A DNA stretch of 64,000 nucleotides, taken from Flavobacterium sp. GTDB lineage: Bacteria; Bacteroidota; Bacteroidia; Flavobacteriales; Flavobacteriaceae. The notes under the pieces are model-generated. The model ran no database searches and had not been told where the DNA came from. It saw only the letters and a program-made list of their open reading frames with translations. Of the stretch, positions 19,083-29,312 are shown in pieces; positions within the stretch are counted from its first letter, which is position 1, and every line of letters begins with the position of its first letter. Made by a program: the position numbers and the translations under genes. The stretch spans positions 304 through 64,303 of the forward strand of contig NZ_JANOBI010000023.1 of the NCBI RefSeq assembly GCF_031411595.1, given 5' to 3'.

Positions 19083-20786
19083 TTACTTAATCACCAATTT
19101 ACTTGTAGCAGTTTTACCAGCTTCTGTAATTTTAAGAATGTAAACACCACCTTTTAATGAAGCTACATTGATAGCATTATTAGCAGTAGTAGTATTGAAT
19201 ACTTGTTTTCCTAATACGTCGTAGATTACTATGTTTTTCTCAGCGTTAGCTTTTGTGTCGATAAACAAAGTTCCGTTGGTTACAGGATTTGGATATACTT
19301 TCAAACCAGTAATTTCGTTTTGAGCAACACCTAATGAATTAGGAATTGTAGTTGCGATTCTTAATTCATCCATAATCATAGTTGGGGTTTTGTTGTCAGC
19401 ATCTTGACGGATTACAAATCCACCCAATTCCGTGATTGCAGTTACAGGAGTTGCAGTTAAATTAGCAGGAGTTGCGGCATTCAATGTAGTTAAATCAGGA
19501 TTGAACCAAGCACTTAAAGTATTCGTGTTGAAATCATAACCCATTACTACAAATACAACTTCACCTACATTTCTTAAAGTAGCATCGTAGTTCGTAGTAG
19601 TTGATGGAGCATCAAAACCTAATTGGTATTGTGTACCGTTTTTCTTTAAAAACAATCTTGCTTTAAAACTTCTGCTAGCATCTGATAATATAGCAAAATA
19701 AGTTTCAGATAAATCGGTAGTAAGAAGTGCCATGTCAGTTACATTAATCATAAAAGAAGCATATACCGTTCCAGAAGTAGTTGGCGTGAATGGAGAGAAA
19801 CTGTCAATACCAGTTCCTGAAAAAGTAATTGAATTCCCAGCTGGGCTAGTGTTAGGATAATTCAAACTACCTGCAGCGCCTACAATAAGATCAGTACCAG
19901 CAGTAAGGTTAGTCCATTTTTCTTGAGATCCTAAAGCACTATCAACAGCGTATGGAAATGCGTCAGAAAAAGGAAGTGTATTTACTGGCTTACATTCAGG
20001 GGAGTTAACACCAACAGAGGTATTACAAGTGCCACCAGTAACAGCAACAGTAAGCGCAGTTCCTTCAGGAATACCATTAATTACGATATTACCGGTTGCA
20101 TTAGTAGAAGGATCGTCTCCTCCAATAGTACCTGCGTTAGGAACTAATGAATAAACTGCATTACCACCACCTGTAAAAGGAATAGTTGCAGTATACGTGT
20201 CTGGGCCAAAGTTAAAACCATCACAAACAGCCGTTACGTTACCCAGTGCTAAAGTACAAGAAGCAGAAACACTGCTCAATTTAATGTCATCAAGTCTGAA
20301 TTGGGAAGTTGAAGTTGATTTAAAACGGATTGAAAGCGTTGCAGAAGATGGAATAACGCCACCGCTAATTGTTGTCAATGTCCAACCTGTTGCTGATGGA
20401 GTATAAGTTATAGGTGTCCATACAGTAGCATCTGTACTTACCTCAACGATTAATACGTTTGTTATTGGAGATGGTGTGTTAATTCCAAAAGCAAGTTGAA
20501 GGTCAGCAGTGTTATATGCTGATGAATTCAAACCATCAATTTGGAAATACTCATCAATAGCGTTTATAAATACATTTCCGCCACCTGTAGCACCATTGTA
20601 TCCGCTTGAAACAGCAGTAGCACGCACGTCTGCAGTTCCTGAATAAACAATTGGAGTTGTGTTTTGGAATACATTCAAAGCAATTGCTGTAGTTCCAGCA
20701 GGAGTTCCCATGTTTTCAGAGTAGAAAGTTTGCCCGAAAGACGCAGAACCAACTACCGCTAATAGTAAAATGTAAAGTTTTTTCAT
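19083..20786 (-). CDS. T9SS-sorted secreted protein, unknown function (567 aa)
   Basis: Signal peptide MKKLYILLLAVVGSASFGQ. C-terminus VYPNPVTNGTLFID...GGVYILKITEAGKTATSKLVIK is a T9SS sorting domain. Confidence 0.8.
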   Translation of the reverse strand: MKKLYILLLAVVGSASFGQTFYSENMGTPAGTTAIALNVFQNTTPIVYSGTADVRATAVSSGYNGATGGGNVFINAIDEYFQIDGLNSSAYNTADLQLAFGINTPSPITNVLIVEVSTDATVWTPITYTPSATGWTLTTISGGVIPSSATLSIRFKSTSTSQFRLDDIKLSSVSASCTLALGNVTAVCDGFNFGPDTYTATIPFTGGGNAVYSLVPNAGTIGGDDPSTNATGNIVINGIPEGTALTVAVTGGTCNTSVGVNSPECKPVNTLPFSDAFPYAVDSALGSQEKWTNLTAGTDLIVGAAGSLNYPNTSPAGNSITFSGTGIDSFSPFTPTTSGTVYASFMINVTDMALLTTDLSETYFAILSDASRSFKARLFLKKNGTQYQLGFDAPSTTTNYDATLRNVGEVVFVVMGYDFNTNTLSAWFNPDLTTLNAATPANLTATPVTAITELGGFVIRQDADNKTPTMIMDELRIATTIPNSLGVAQNEITGLKVYPNPVTNGTLFIDTKANAEKNIVIYDVLGKQVFNTTTANNAINVASLKGGVYILKITEAGKTATSKLVIK

Positions 20787-20894
20787 TTTTAAGTTTTTAA
20801 AATTTTTAAGACTACAAATATAGAAAGTATTTTCCTTTGTATAAAAGAAATTATTGTAAAATAAAGATTAAGGAAAGGGTTGGTGTAAAAATAA

Positions 20895-21218
20895 CTACTT
20901 GACAATCAATTTTCTAGTAGCTGTAGCTTCGCCTTCGCGGATTTTGATTATATAAACACCTGGAGAAAGACTCGCTATGGAAAGTTCTTTAGCATTGATT
21001 GTTGCTTGAAGTACTTTCTTTCCCAAGACATCAAAAATAGTAATGTCTTTGTCTAAAGAAGATTTGGAGGTGATATAAATTTTACCCGTGTTTACCGGAT
21101 TAGGATAGAAACTCAAACCATCAATTGCAGTCGATTGCTGTCTGTTTTCCTGAGCCATTAGCGTCAGCGAAAACAAACAAAATAAAAACGAGATGGTATA
21201 AACGTATTTTTTTCTCAT
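20895..21218 (-). CDS. Mini-protein made of a signal peptide plus a T9SS C-terminal sorting domain only (107 aa from ATG 21218)
   Basis: MRKKYVYTISFLFCLFSLTLMAQ, then ~11 residues, then FYPNPVNTGKIYI...GVYIIKIREGEATATRKLIVK. The ORF-track start at 21257 is upstream of a better ATG. Confidence 0.65.
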   Translation of the reverse strand: MRKKYVYTISFLFCLFSLTLMAQENRQQSTAIDGLSFYPNPVNTGKIYITSKSSLDKDITIFDVLGKKVLQATINAKELSIASLSPGVYIIKIREGEATATRKLIVK

Positions 21219-21267
21219 GAGTTCTTTCAATGCGGTAAAGATAGGAATTAATTTCAAAATAAAATCA

Positions 21268-21303
21268 TAAAAAAAACACCCCTTGTTTAAGAGGTGTTTT
21301 TAA
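21268..21303 (-). terminator. Rho-independent terminator downstream of 21323..22510
   Basis: AACACCCC-TTGTTTAA-GAGGTGTT hairpin with a flanking A/T-run. Confidence 0.65.
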
Positions 21304-21322
21304 TATTAATTATAGTATTTAA

Positions 21323-22510
21323 TTACTGAATTAAATTGGTACCATCAACGTTTGACCAGCTTCCGTTTGTGATTACAGCACCGGTAGCACTTTGACTTGT
21401 TGTAAAGTTCCCTACAGGAAAAGATACTGAAATTCCAGCGGCACCAGTCGGGTCAACCAATGAAGTATTTGTGATTTTTACGTTGGTTAATTTTAATTTA
21501 CCTCCGTTTACCTGATCTGTATTGGTGCTCGTATCCAAAATTCTTACTACTGTAGCGGTAAAAAGTGTTGCTCCAACGGTATAATTTAGATAACCGTCAA
21601 CAACGATATTGTCATATTCGCCATTACCTTGTTTCTTAAACTGAAAAGCATCCACTTGAACATCAGTATCTACTTCCGGTGTTGTTCCGGTAGCTCTTTT
21701 TAAAGTAATGTTAACCACTTTAGGACCGAAAGCATTGTTGTTGTTTGAAGCTTCCACTTCCATACCGAAGTTTCCTTTTCCGGTTTGGTAAGCATACCAA
21801 TTTGAGTTCAATTGACCTTTCCATCCATCTTGCCAGTCGAAAGCATCGTCATAATTTCCGTAAGAAACTAAATTCGTTGCACTTACAGTTCCTCCGAAAA
21901 ACTCGTATCCGTCATCAGCACCTTTATAAGCTACCAAGTGATCTAATACGGTTCCTGATCCGCAAGAGTAAAATGTGAAAGCGTTGTTTTCTTTTTGTCC
22001 GTCACCTAGTTTTTTACCGGCATATTCTACACGTACATAACGCAATGTACCACCATTGTGCGTTGGATTTGTTCCGCCATAAGTTTGTACGTTTCCATCT
22101 TCTGAAGCCGCTGTTGCTGCTCCGGAAGCCGCTGTTATAGGAGCATCGCCATACATGATGATACCACCCCAGTTTCCAGGAACTTTATTTTTTTCTGTAA
22201 ACACTACTGGTTGAGAAGCGGTTCCATTCACAATTAATTTTCCGCCATTCAATACTACTAATGCATTGTCTCCAGTTGCGATATCACAAGTAATAGTTGA
22301 ACCTGCATCGAAAGTAACAGTGACTCCAGGGTTAATTTTTACAATACCTGCAAGCGTATAAGTTCCGCTTGGGAAAGTGGTGTTTGTCGTAATGATTCCT
22401 GTAATTGAACCAACTACTGGAGCTGGTGTTGTATCTTCATCATCAGAAGAAGAACAAGACGATGACACAATACCTGCAATAAAAAGTAATGCTAAAAATG
22501 AATTTTTCAT
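21323..22510 (-). CDS. Surface lipoprotein, probable partner of the adjacent TonB-dependent receptor
   Basis: Start moved to ATG 22510 (MKNSFLALLFIAGIVSSSC lipobox followed by an SSSDDEDTT linker). Beta-rich, G/T/N-rich sequence. Immediately downstream of the receptor gene. Confidence 0.65.
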   Translation of the reverse strand: MKNSFLALLFIAGIVSSSCSSSDDEDTTPAPVVGSITGIITTNTTFPSGTYTLAGIVKINPGVTVTFDAGSTITCDIATGDNALVVLNGGKLIVNGTASQPVVFTEKNKVPGNWGGIIMYGDAPITAASGAATAASEDGNVQTYGGTNPTHNGGTLRYVRVEYAGKKLGDGQKENNAFTFYSCGSGTVLDHLVAYKGADDGYEFFGGTVSATNLVSYGNYDDAFDWQDGWKGQLNSNWYAYQTGKGNFGMEVEASNNNNAFGPKVVNITLKRATGTTPEVDTDVQVDAFQFKKQGNGEYDNIVVDGYLNYTVGATLFTATVVRILDTSTNTDQVNGGKLKLTNVKITNTSLVDPTGAAGISVSFPVGNFTTSQSATGAVITNGSWSNVDGTNLIQ

Positions 22511-22651
22511 GTTGTGTGTTTTTTTGTTTTTTAATTGATACAAATGTAGATTGTGCTATTTTTTTAGCGGTTAGATGAATGTTACAAAAAGGTTATATAA
22601 ACGAAATGAAAATGTCAATTTAATGTTACCAAAAGCAATTAACTTAACATA

Positions 22652-22680
22652 AAAAAAGCGACTTGTTGAAAGTCGCTTTG
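22652..22680 (-). terminator. Rho-independent terminator downstream of the TonB-dependent receptor gene
   Basis: AAAGCGACT-TGTTGAA-AGTCGCTTT hairpin preceded by A7 on plus (T-run on minus). Confidence 0.7.
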
Positions 22681-22690
22681 GTATGAAATC

Positions 22691-25474
22691 TTAGAAAGTA
22701 TACCCTAAATTTAAAGAGAAACCAATACCTCGTTTATAATCTTGAATCGTTTTCGTATCGGTGTGAATCTCCACTTTACTATCGTCACCCAAAACAAAAT
22801 TTTCTTTAGGATTCAGCAGGTTGTCGGCAGAGAATTTCAAGCTCCAGTTTTGACCTAATTTATTGGTCCAGATAAAATCGAGTTTGCTCACTGGCAATTC
22901 ATAAATATGATCCAAACCGGCAGTTCCGACACTGTAGATTCGTTTTCCAAATACAGAATAAACCAACGACATCGTATTGCTCCAGTTTTTATTAAAGTTA
23001 AATTGGTATTTCAAATCCGAATTGATAATCCATTTCGAAGCACCTTGCAGTTCACGACTTTGGTGTGTTTCAATCGATTGTGTCGCAACGCCATCAGGAT
23101 TTAAGGTAGTTGGCGCAATATTGACTTTAGTCTGCATCAAAGAAGTATTGAATCCAAAAGAGAAATCAGACAAGCTTTTACTGATTCTGCTCAATTCGAC
23201 CAACAACTCCAATTCGGCACCAAACAAAGTCGCGTCATTCGAGTTTAGAAAAGTTGTGATTTGTCCACCGGCATCAGCTTTGTATGTTCGCTCAATTGGG
23301 TTGTCAATCTTTTTTCCAAAGACACCAACTACAACCATTTCCTTAGCGGTTGGGAACAATTCGTATTTCAAATCGACATTCAAATTATCGCTATTCACAG
23401 CAAACGGATTCCCTTGTTGGCTCGTATTGTCACCATTTACAATCGTAATTGGCATCGCTTCCATGATAATCGGTTTGGTATAAGTTTTAGAAACTGCAAA
23501 ACGCAAATTGCTGTTTTCATTCACCGCATATTTCACATTCAAAGAAGGCAATACATAAGTTTTGTCTGTCGTCTTTTTTAAATAAGGATCGGTAAACAAA
23601 CCGTTGTATTTATACTTAATTTCACGATTGTATTTTTCTGCACGAACACCACCATTGATTTCAAGCGCATTGAATTTTAAAAACAAATTCGCATAACCTG
23701 CATTCGTAAATTCATTGAGCTTTGTTTTGTACGATGGGCTTGAACCTTCCAAATAATATATATTATTGTTATCAAAATCGTCATTCAAAAACGAATCGAT
23801 GCTGTTGATAGGCACGTTGAATGAACCTTGACTTGGCGAATTTTCTCTAAGGAAAACAAATCGATACGAGGTTTGGGCGTTGTTTCCATTGCCGTTATAA
23901 CCCACTGTCAGTTTGTTGTTTTTGTCTTCACCGCCAAATTTCCAGTTGTATTCTAATAAATGGGAATAAAAATAATTTCCATGAATGTCAAGATATTGCT
24001 TGATGAAATTATTCCCGCCATAATTCAAAATAAAACTGCCGTCAGCTTGCGGTGCTGCAGTAAAGAATTTTCTGTCTGGCAATTGATAACTCGTTTTCGC
24101 GAATGAACTACCGAATTTAATCGTATGATTTTTATCTTTGGTCAATGCATATTCTCCGAAAAGTTGTCCGTTGAGGTAATCCGATTCTTCAAACTGGTTG
24201 GTTCTCGTTGTGCCGATGCTGCTGGTGTTTCCGTCAGTAGTTCCCAATTGGTCTAAAATCATGCTTTCTGTTGAATGTAAATACATCGCATTTCCAGAAA
24301 GATTCCAACGGTTGGTTTTGAAATTCACACCAACCAAGGATGACATCGAAGTTTTGTAGATGTTTTCATTGCCTTGCAAATGATTGTTGAATTCACCATT
24401 GGCATTGATCGTATTGTTGGCTCCTTTTCTGTTTTCAAAACTATTGTCGAAATTCAATGACAATAAATACGAAATCTTGCGGTCTTTTGAAAGTTCAAAT
24501 TTTTCTGAATGTAAAAACCCAATACTGCTATTCAAAGGGCTTTGTGTAGCGTCAACATCCCAACCATTTTCAATTTTTTTAGAATCTTCCGATGTCAAGA
24601 TTTTACTCGAAGGTTTTTTCCCGAAAAGTCCAGAAATTTCTCGACCATTTCCATTCATACCAAAGAAACCTTTTGTAGTGTTGGCATCTTGTGAAATCAG
24701 AAAATCATTGAGGTTATTGTTGGTTGTATACCCAACTCCAATACTCACTTTGGTTTGACTTTTTCCGCTCAATGAAGTTGCAATATTGAATGTTCCTCCA
24801 GCAAAATCACCGTAAATATTTGGGTTGAATGTTTTAAAAACTTCAATCACACTAACGATATCGGTTGGAAATAAATCTAGTGGAATGATTTTTTTAAACG
24901 GATTGTTCGTCGGTGCCGCCAAATCATTAATCAATAAATTATTGTAACGATCTTCGAGTCCACGCACAAACAAACCACGCGAACCTACTTTGGTAATTCC
25001 GGTAATTTTCGTCAAACCTTCTTCCACATCACTCACGCCTTTTCTCGCCATTTCTTGCGCACCGATGCTTTGTTTGATTTCCACCGCTTTCTTCTGATCG
25101 AGCAATAATGCAGTTTCTTTTTCTCGTCCACCGGTAGCTTTCACGACTACATCTTCGAGTTTATAACTTCCCGAGCCTAGTGTTTTATTAACAGTAAGCG
25201 TTTCGCCGGCTTTTACTGTGACAGGAACTTCTACATTTTCATATCCTAAAAAACTAAAGACTAAAGTATAATTACCGGCAGCGATAGTGAAGCTGTATTT
25301 TCCGTTTTCATCGGTTGTTGTGCCAATTGTGGTGCCTTTAATGGCAGCGTTGGCAAAAGGTAAAGTTGCGTTGTTGGCCTCTTTGTCCCTAAGTACACCG
25401 GTGATGGTGCCTTTGGTTTGCGCGAATGTAAAAGAACAAATAAAAAGAGTAAGTATGATTAATTTAAATTTCAT
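22691..25474 (-). CDS. TonB-dependent receptor with N-terminal carboxypeptidase-regulatory-like domain
   Basis: Start moved to ATG 25474 (MKFKLIILTLFICSFTFAQ). GVLRDKEANN..LPFANAAIKGT..GTTTDENGKYSF is the CarbopepD_reg-like motif. Plug and beta-barrel length fit, and the protein ends in a terminal aromatic residue (...LGYTF). Confidence 0.85.
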   Translation of the reverse strand: MKFKLIILTLFICSFTFAQTKGTITGVLRDKEANNATLPFANAAIKGTTIGTTTDENGKYSFTIAAGNYTLVFSFLGYENVEVPVTVKAGETLTVNKTLGSGSYKLEDVVVKATGGREKETALLLDQKKAVEIKQSIGAQEMARKGVSDVEEGLTKITGITKVGSRGLFVRGLEDRYNNLLINDLAAPTNNPFKKIIPLDLFPTDIVSVIEVFKTFNPNIYGDFAGGTFNIATSLSGKSQTKVSIGVGYTTNNNLNDFLISQDANTTKGFFGMNGNGREISGLFGKKPSSKILTSEDSKKIENGWDVDATQSPLNSSIGFLHSEKFELSKDRKISYLLSLNFDNSFENRKGANNTINANGEFNNHLQGNENIYKTSMSSLVGVNFKTNRWNLSGNAMYLHSTESMILDQLGTTDGNTSSIGTTRTNQFEESDYLNGQLFGEYALTKDKNHTIKFGSSFAKTSYQLPDRKFFTAAPQADGSFILNYGGNNFIKQYLDIHGNYFYSHLLEYNWKFGGEDKNNKLTVGYNGNGNNAQTSYRFVFLRENSPSQGSFNVPINSIDSFLNDDFDNNNIYYLEGSSPSYKTKLNEFTNAGYANLFLKFNALEINGGVRAEKYNREIKYKYNGLFTDPYLKKTTDKTYVLPSLNVKYAVNENSNLRFAVSKTYTKPIIMEAMPITIVNGDNTSQQGNPFAVNSDNLNVDLKYELFPTAKEMVVVGVFGKKIDNPIERTYKADAGGQITTFLNSNDATLFGAELELLVELSRISKSLSDFSFGFNTSLMQTKVNIAPTTLNPDGVATQSIETHQSRELQGASKWIINSDLKYQFNFNKNWSNTMSLVYSVFGKRIYSVGTAGLDHIYELPVSKLDFIWTNKLGQNWSLKFSADNLLNPKENFVLGDDSKVEIHTDTKTIQDYKRGIGFSLNLGYTF

Positions 25475-25704
25475 CTTCTTTATGTATGTTAAATTTTGGT
25501 GCAAAGAAACGTCCGTCTTGTAAAGTTCATGTTACTTACTTGTTACGATTTGGTTTCTTAATGATTACGGAATTGTTAACAGATTAAATTACAGTTAATA
25601 CGATTTAACGATATTCTTTTATCTTTACATTTACAATCGCAAAGGAATGCATCAACCTTAATTTGTAAATGGAATGATGTTATAAAACCATTAATTTTGC
25701 TATT

Positions 25705-26391
25705 ATGAAGAAAAAAGACATCAAGATTTTATTGGTAGACGACGAACAAGATATCCTAGAAATTGTAGGATACAACCTCGCTCAAGAAGGTTATCAAATT
25801 GTTACGGCATCCAATGGTAAAGAAGCGATTGTGAAAGCCAAAAAAGAGTTGCCACAACTGATTATTATGGATGTTATGATGCCCGAAATGGATGGGATGG
25901 AAGCTTGCGAAAACATCCGAAGAATTCCCGAATTGAGTCACGTTATCATTACTTTCCTTACAGCAAGAAGCGAAGATTATTCTCAAGTAGCCGGTTTCGA
26001 TGCCGGTGCCGATGATTACATCACCAAACCCATCAAACCAAAATTGTTGGTTAGTAAAGTGAAAGCATTGTTGCGCCGATTGAAAGAAGACGAAGCCAAA
26101 GGTTCAGAGACGTTGAATGTAGGCGATATCGAAATCAATCGCGAAGAATATAAAATCATCAAAGACAACCGAGAAATCGTTTTACCAAGAAAAGAATTTG
26201 AACTCTTTTATTTGTTGGCTTCCAAACCTGGGAAAGTATTCAAAAGAGAAGAGATTCTTGACAAAGTATGGGGCAATGAAGTCATTGTCGGCGGCAGAAC
26301 CATCGATGTTCACATTCGTAAATTAAGAGAAAAAATTGGTGATGATTTCTTCAAAACCATCAAAGGTGTAGGTTATAAATTTGAAGTCTAA
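25705..26391 (+). CDS. OmpR/PhoB-family response regulator
   Basis: 228 aa. Receiver domain (LLVDDE...DVMMPEMDG...K) plus a winged-helix output (...TIKGVGYKFE). Confidence 0.9.
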   Translation: MKKKDIKILLVDDEQDILEIVGYNLAQEGYQIVTASNGKEAIVKAKKELPQLIIMDVMMPEMDGMEACENIRRIPELSHVIITFLTARSEDYSQVAGFDAGADDYITKPIKPKLLVSKVKALLRRLKEDEAKGSETLNVGDIEINREEYKIIKDNREIVLPRKEFELFYLLASKPGKVFKREEILDKVWGNEVIVGGRTIDVHIRKLREKIGDDFFKTIKGVGYKFEV

Positions 26392-26461
26392 CTAAAGCAT
26401 CAAAGTACCATATTTACGCTATCTTTGTTGTTTCTTGTTAGGCATTTTGTAACTACTTATC

Positions 26462-27502
26462 ATGGCGGTTAATTTTAAAAAAACATACACTTTTGCTGTT
26501 AAGTCAGCCCTATATATCACTTTTTTTTCTACAGGTGTTGTTGGTTTTCTTACCTATTATTTTTTTGAATTCTCACTCGAATTTTGTCTCTGTTTTGCAA
26601 TAGCCATAGCCCTTTTCGCTTTTTTTGTATTGCAATACCGGGTAGAACATTTCATCTACCGCAGGGTAAAAAAAATCTACGATGATGTGTCACTTTTAGA
26701 ATCTTCAAGCTTCAGAAGTCAACCCATCACGACCGATATGGCCACATTAACAAGAGAAGTTAAAAAATTCGCCACCGATAAAAAACTCGAAATCGAAATG
26801 CTCAAAGTGCGTGAAGAATACCGTCGCGAATTTATTGGCAACGTATCACATGAATTAAAAACGCCTTTATTCACCGTGCAAGGTTATCTTTCTACATTGC
26901 TTGATGGTGCGATGAATGATAAAAGCATCCGCAAAAAATACTTACAACGAGCTGAAAAAGGCGTAGAACGATTGATTTACATCGTGCAGGATTTAGACAT
27001 GATTTCCAAACTCGAAATGGGCGATTTAAACCTCGAAACACACACTTTCGACATTGTAAAACTCGTGCAAAACGTATTCGATTTACTCGAAATGGAAGCT
27101 TCTAAAAAAGATATTTTGTTGTTGTTCGATATGCAATATAACAAACCCATTATCGTACTTGGCGATAGTGAAAAAATCGAGCAAGTCTTAATCAATCTCG
27201 TGATGAATTCCATCAAATATGGTAAAGAAAAAGGCTCCACAGAAGTGAGTATTGAAGGTCTCACAGAAAATAAAGTAATCGTTCGCATCAAAGATGATGG
27301 GGAAGGCATCGAAAAACACAACATTTCAAGACTTTTCGAACGGTTTTTCCGCGTCGATAAAAGTGGTGCTAGAAGCGAAGGTGGTTCTGGTTTAGGATTG
27401 TCAATCGTAAAACACATTATCGAAGCCCACGACGAAAAAATTTATGTAGAAAGCGAATTCGGCAAAGGATCAGAATTCTCCTTTACGCTCGAAAAGGCAT
27501 AA
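26462..27502 (+). CDS. Sensor histidine kinase
   Basis: 346 aa. Two N-terminal TM segments, H-box FIGNVSHELKTPL, N and G boxes (DDGEGI, GGSGLGLS). Confidence 0.9.
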   Translation: MAVNFKKTYTFAVKSALYITFFSTGVVGFLTYYFFEFSLEFCLCFAIAIALFAFFVLQYRVEHFIYRRVKKIYDDVSLLESSSFRSQPITTDMATLTREVKKFATDKKLEIEMLKVREEYRREFIGNVSHELKTPLFTVQGYLSTLLDGAMNDKSIRKKYLQRAEKGVERLIYIVQDLDMISKLEMGDLNLETHTFDIVKLVQNVFDLLEMEASKKDILLLFDMQYNKPIIVLGDSEKIEQVLINLVMNSIKYGKEKGSTEVSIEGLTENKVIVRIKDDGEGIEKHNISRLFERFFRVDKSGARSEGGSGLGLSIVKHIIEAHDEKIYVESEFGKGSEFSFTLEKA

Positions 27503-28534
27503 TAAATTCTTCCAATGAATGGGTTCGTTTTTTAAAGCGGCGTTTTTATACAAATCCATTTCCAGTAATTTATCGAATGAAAAATCTTCTTGTTTCGAAT
27601 ACGGAAACAATCCGTTTTTCTTCAATCTTTTGGCTAAATATTCTTGCTCATATTGTCCAGGCGTTGGAATGAAAAACGCTTTTTTCTCTAGTTTAGCCAA
27701 ATCCATAACTGTGGTGTAACCCGAACGACAAAGTACCATTTTGCTTTCGTTGAAGGTTTGTTCGAGTTGAGACGTAGTCATAAAATTATAGAAAGTCACA
27801 TGGTCAATCTCTATTTTCGATTGCTGCAAAGCCATTTTGCCACAGATAAAAACGACATTACCTTCGAAGTCATCAATCATATCGCGCAGTCGATGTTCTA
27901 AAATACTGCGTTGCGGTTCCGGCCCCGAAAGGATTACCATCAAATCGTATTTTATCGGAACCTCTTTTTTCTCCAATCGACTCAGTGGACCGATATATTT
28001 GATATGATCTATAGGCGTTTTCAAATGGCCTAACTTTCCAGTTAAGTTCGGTGTATCTTCATAATCAGGAACCCAACATTCGTCGAATTTTTTGATGATG
28101 TGTTGGTGTAATTTACTCGTAATCCAAGTGGTGTTTCCCGTCAATACATTCAATTGGTGTGTGATAAAAACGGCATGCACTTTTTTGCTAAAAACACCCA
28201 ATCGATTGTCGGAAATAATGCCGACGAGGTTATATTCTTTAACCCATTGTTTGACAGTTTTCTTCTCTTCCCGAATCGCATCCATCATTTTAGGCATGTT
28301 CTTGAGCATTTTCCATTTGAAATCTGCGCCATCTTTGGCATATTCAATTTCATACGAAGGCAATTCTAGTGATTTCAAATGTGGAAATTCTTTTCGAAGC
28401 ATTGTCAAAGCATCTCCGTCGGAGGCAATAATCGGAGTAAAGTTGTTTTCTTCCAAAGCTTTAATAATCGGAATGCAGCGCGTGGCATGACCTAAGCCCC
28501 AATTTAAAGGAGCAACCAAAATATTTTTTTGCAT
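27470..28534 (-). CDS. GT-B fold glycosyltransferase (GT28/MurG-like)
   Basis: Start moved to ATG 28534 (MQKNILVAPLNWGLGHATRCIP). The 3' end overlaps the convergent kinase gene by 33 nt. Confidence 0.7.
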   Translation of the reverse strand: MQKNILVAPLNWGLGHATRCIPIIKALEENNFTPIIASDGDALTMLRKEFPHLKSLELPSYEIEYAKDGADFKWKMLKNMPKMMDAIREEKKTVKQWVKEYNLVGIISDNRLGVFSKKVHAVFITHQLNVLTGNTTWITSKLHQHIIKKFDECWVPDYEDTPNLTGKLGHLKTPIDHIKYIGPLSRLEKKEVPIKYDLMVILSGPEPQRSILEHRLRDMIDDFEGNVVFICGKMALQQSKIEIDHVTFYNFMTTSQLEQTFNESKMVLCRSGYTTVMDLAKLEKKAFFIPTPGQYEQEYLAKRLKKNGLFPYSKQEDFSFDKLLEMDLYKNAALKNEPIHWKNLLCLFERKGEF

Positions 28535-28637
28535 TACACTCAAGGAAATATAAAATGATTAAGTTTTAAAACGCGAAGATAAAAACATTCTAGGTCTTGT
28601 ATATTTCGCTAATTTTGCCAAAACATTAAATAATATC

Positions 28638-29312
28638 GTGGGAAGTAAAAATAAGTTAAAAAGATTTAAAGAAAACGAAACCTTCGAAAACGTTTTTCAA
28701 CCAACTCGAGAAGAAGTCGTGTCAGGAAGTTTTCCACTCAAAGGCAAATGGAACAGCGATTTTTTCAAAAATGAAAATCCGTTAATTTTAGAATTGGGTT
28801 GTGGTAAAGGCGAATATTCAGTTGGTTTAGCAGAACGTTATCCCAATAAAAATTTTATAGGAATCGACATCAAAGGCGCGCGTTTCTGGCGTGGTGCGAA
28901 AACTGCTGTTGAAGACGGTTTGCACAATGTAGCCTTCATCCGTACCCAAATCGAATTAATCGACCATCTTTTTGCTGAAAATGAAGTCGACGAAATCTGG
29001 ATTACTTTTCCCGATCCGCAAATCAAATACAAACGCACCAAACACCGCATGACCAATACGGAGTTCTTGAAACTCTATAAAAAAATACTCAAAAAAGACG
29101 GTGTGGTCAATCTAAAAACCGACAGCGAGTTCATGCACGGATACACGTTAGGATTGCTGCACGGCGAAGGCCACGAAGTGTTGTATGCGAACCACAATGT
29201 GTATAAAAATGAGGGAAGTCCAGATGAAGTAACCGCCATTCAAACCTTCTACGAAAAACAATATTTGGAAATCAACAAAGCAATTACGTATATTCGTTTT
29301 AAAATCAAATAG
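28638..29312 (+). CDS. trmB: tRNA (guanine-N7)-methyltransferase
   Basis: 224 aa. LELGCGKGEY SAM motif and ITFPDPQIK motif. GTG start. Confidence 0.9.
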   Translation: MGSKNKLKRFKENETFENVFQPTREEVVSGSFPLKGKWNSDFFKNENPLILELGCGKGEYSVGLAERYPNKNFIGIDIKGARFWRGAKTAVEDGLHNVAFIRTQIELIDHLFAENEVDEIWITFPDPQIKYKRTKHRMTNTEFLKLYKKILKKDGVVNLKTDSEFMHGYTLGLLHGEGHEVLYANHNVYKNEGSPDEVTAIQTFYEKQYLEINKAITYIRFKIK

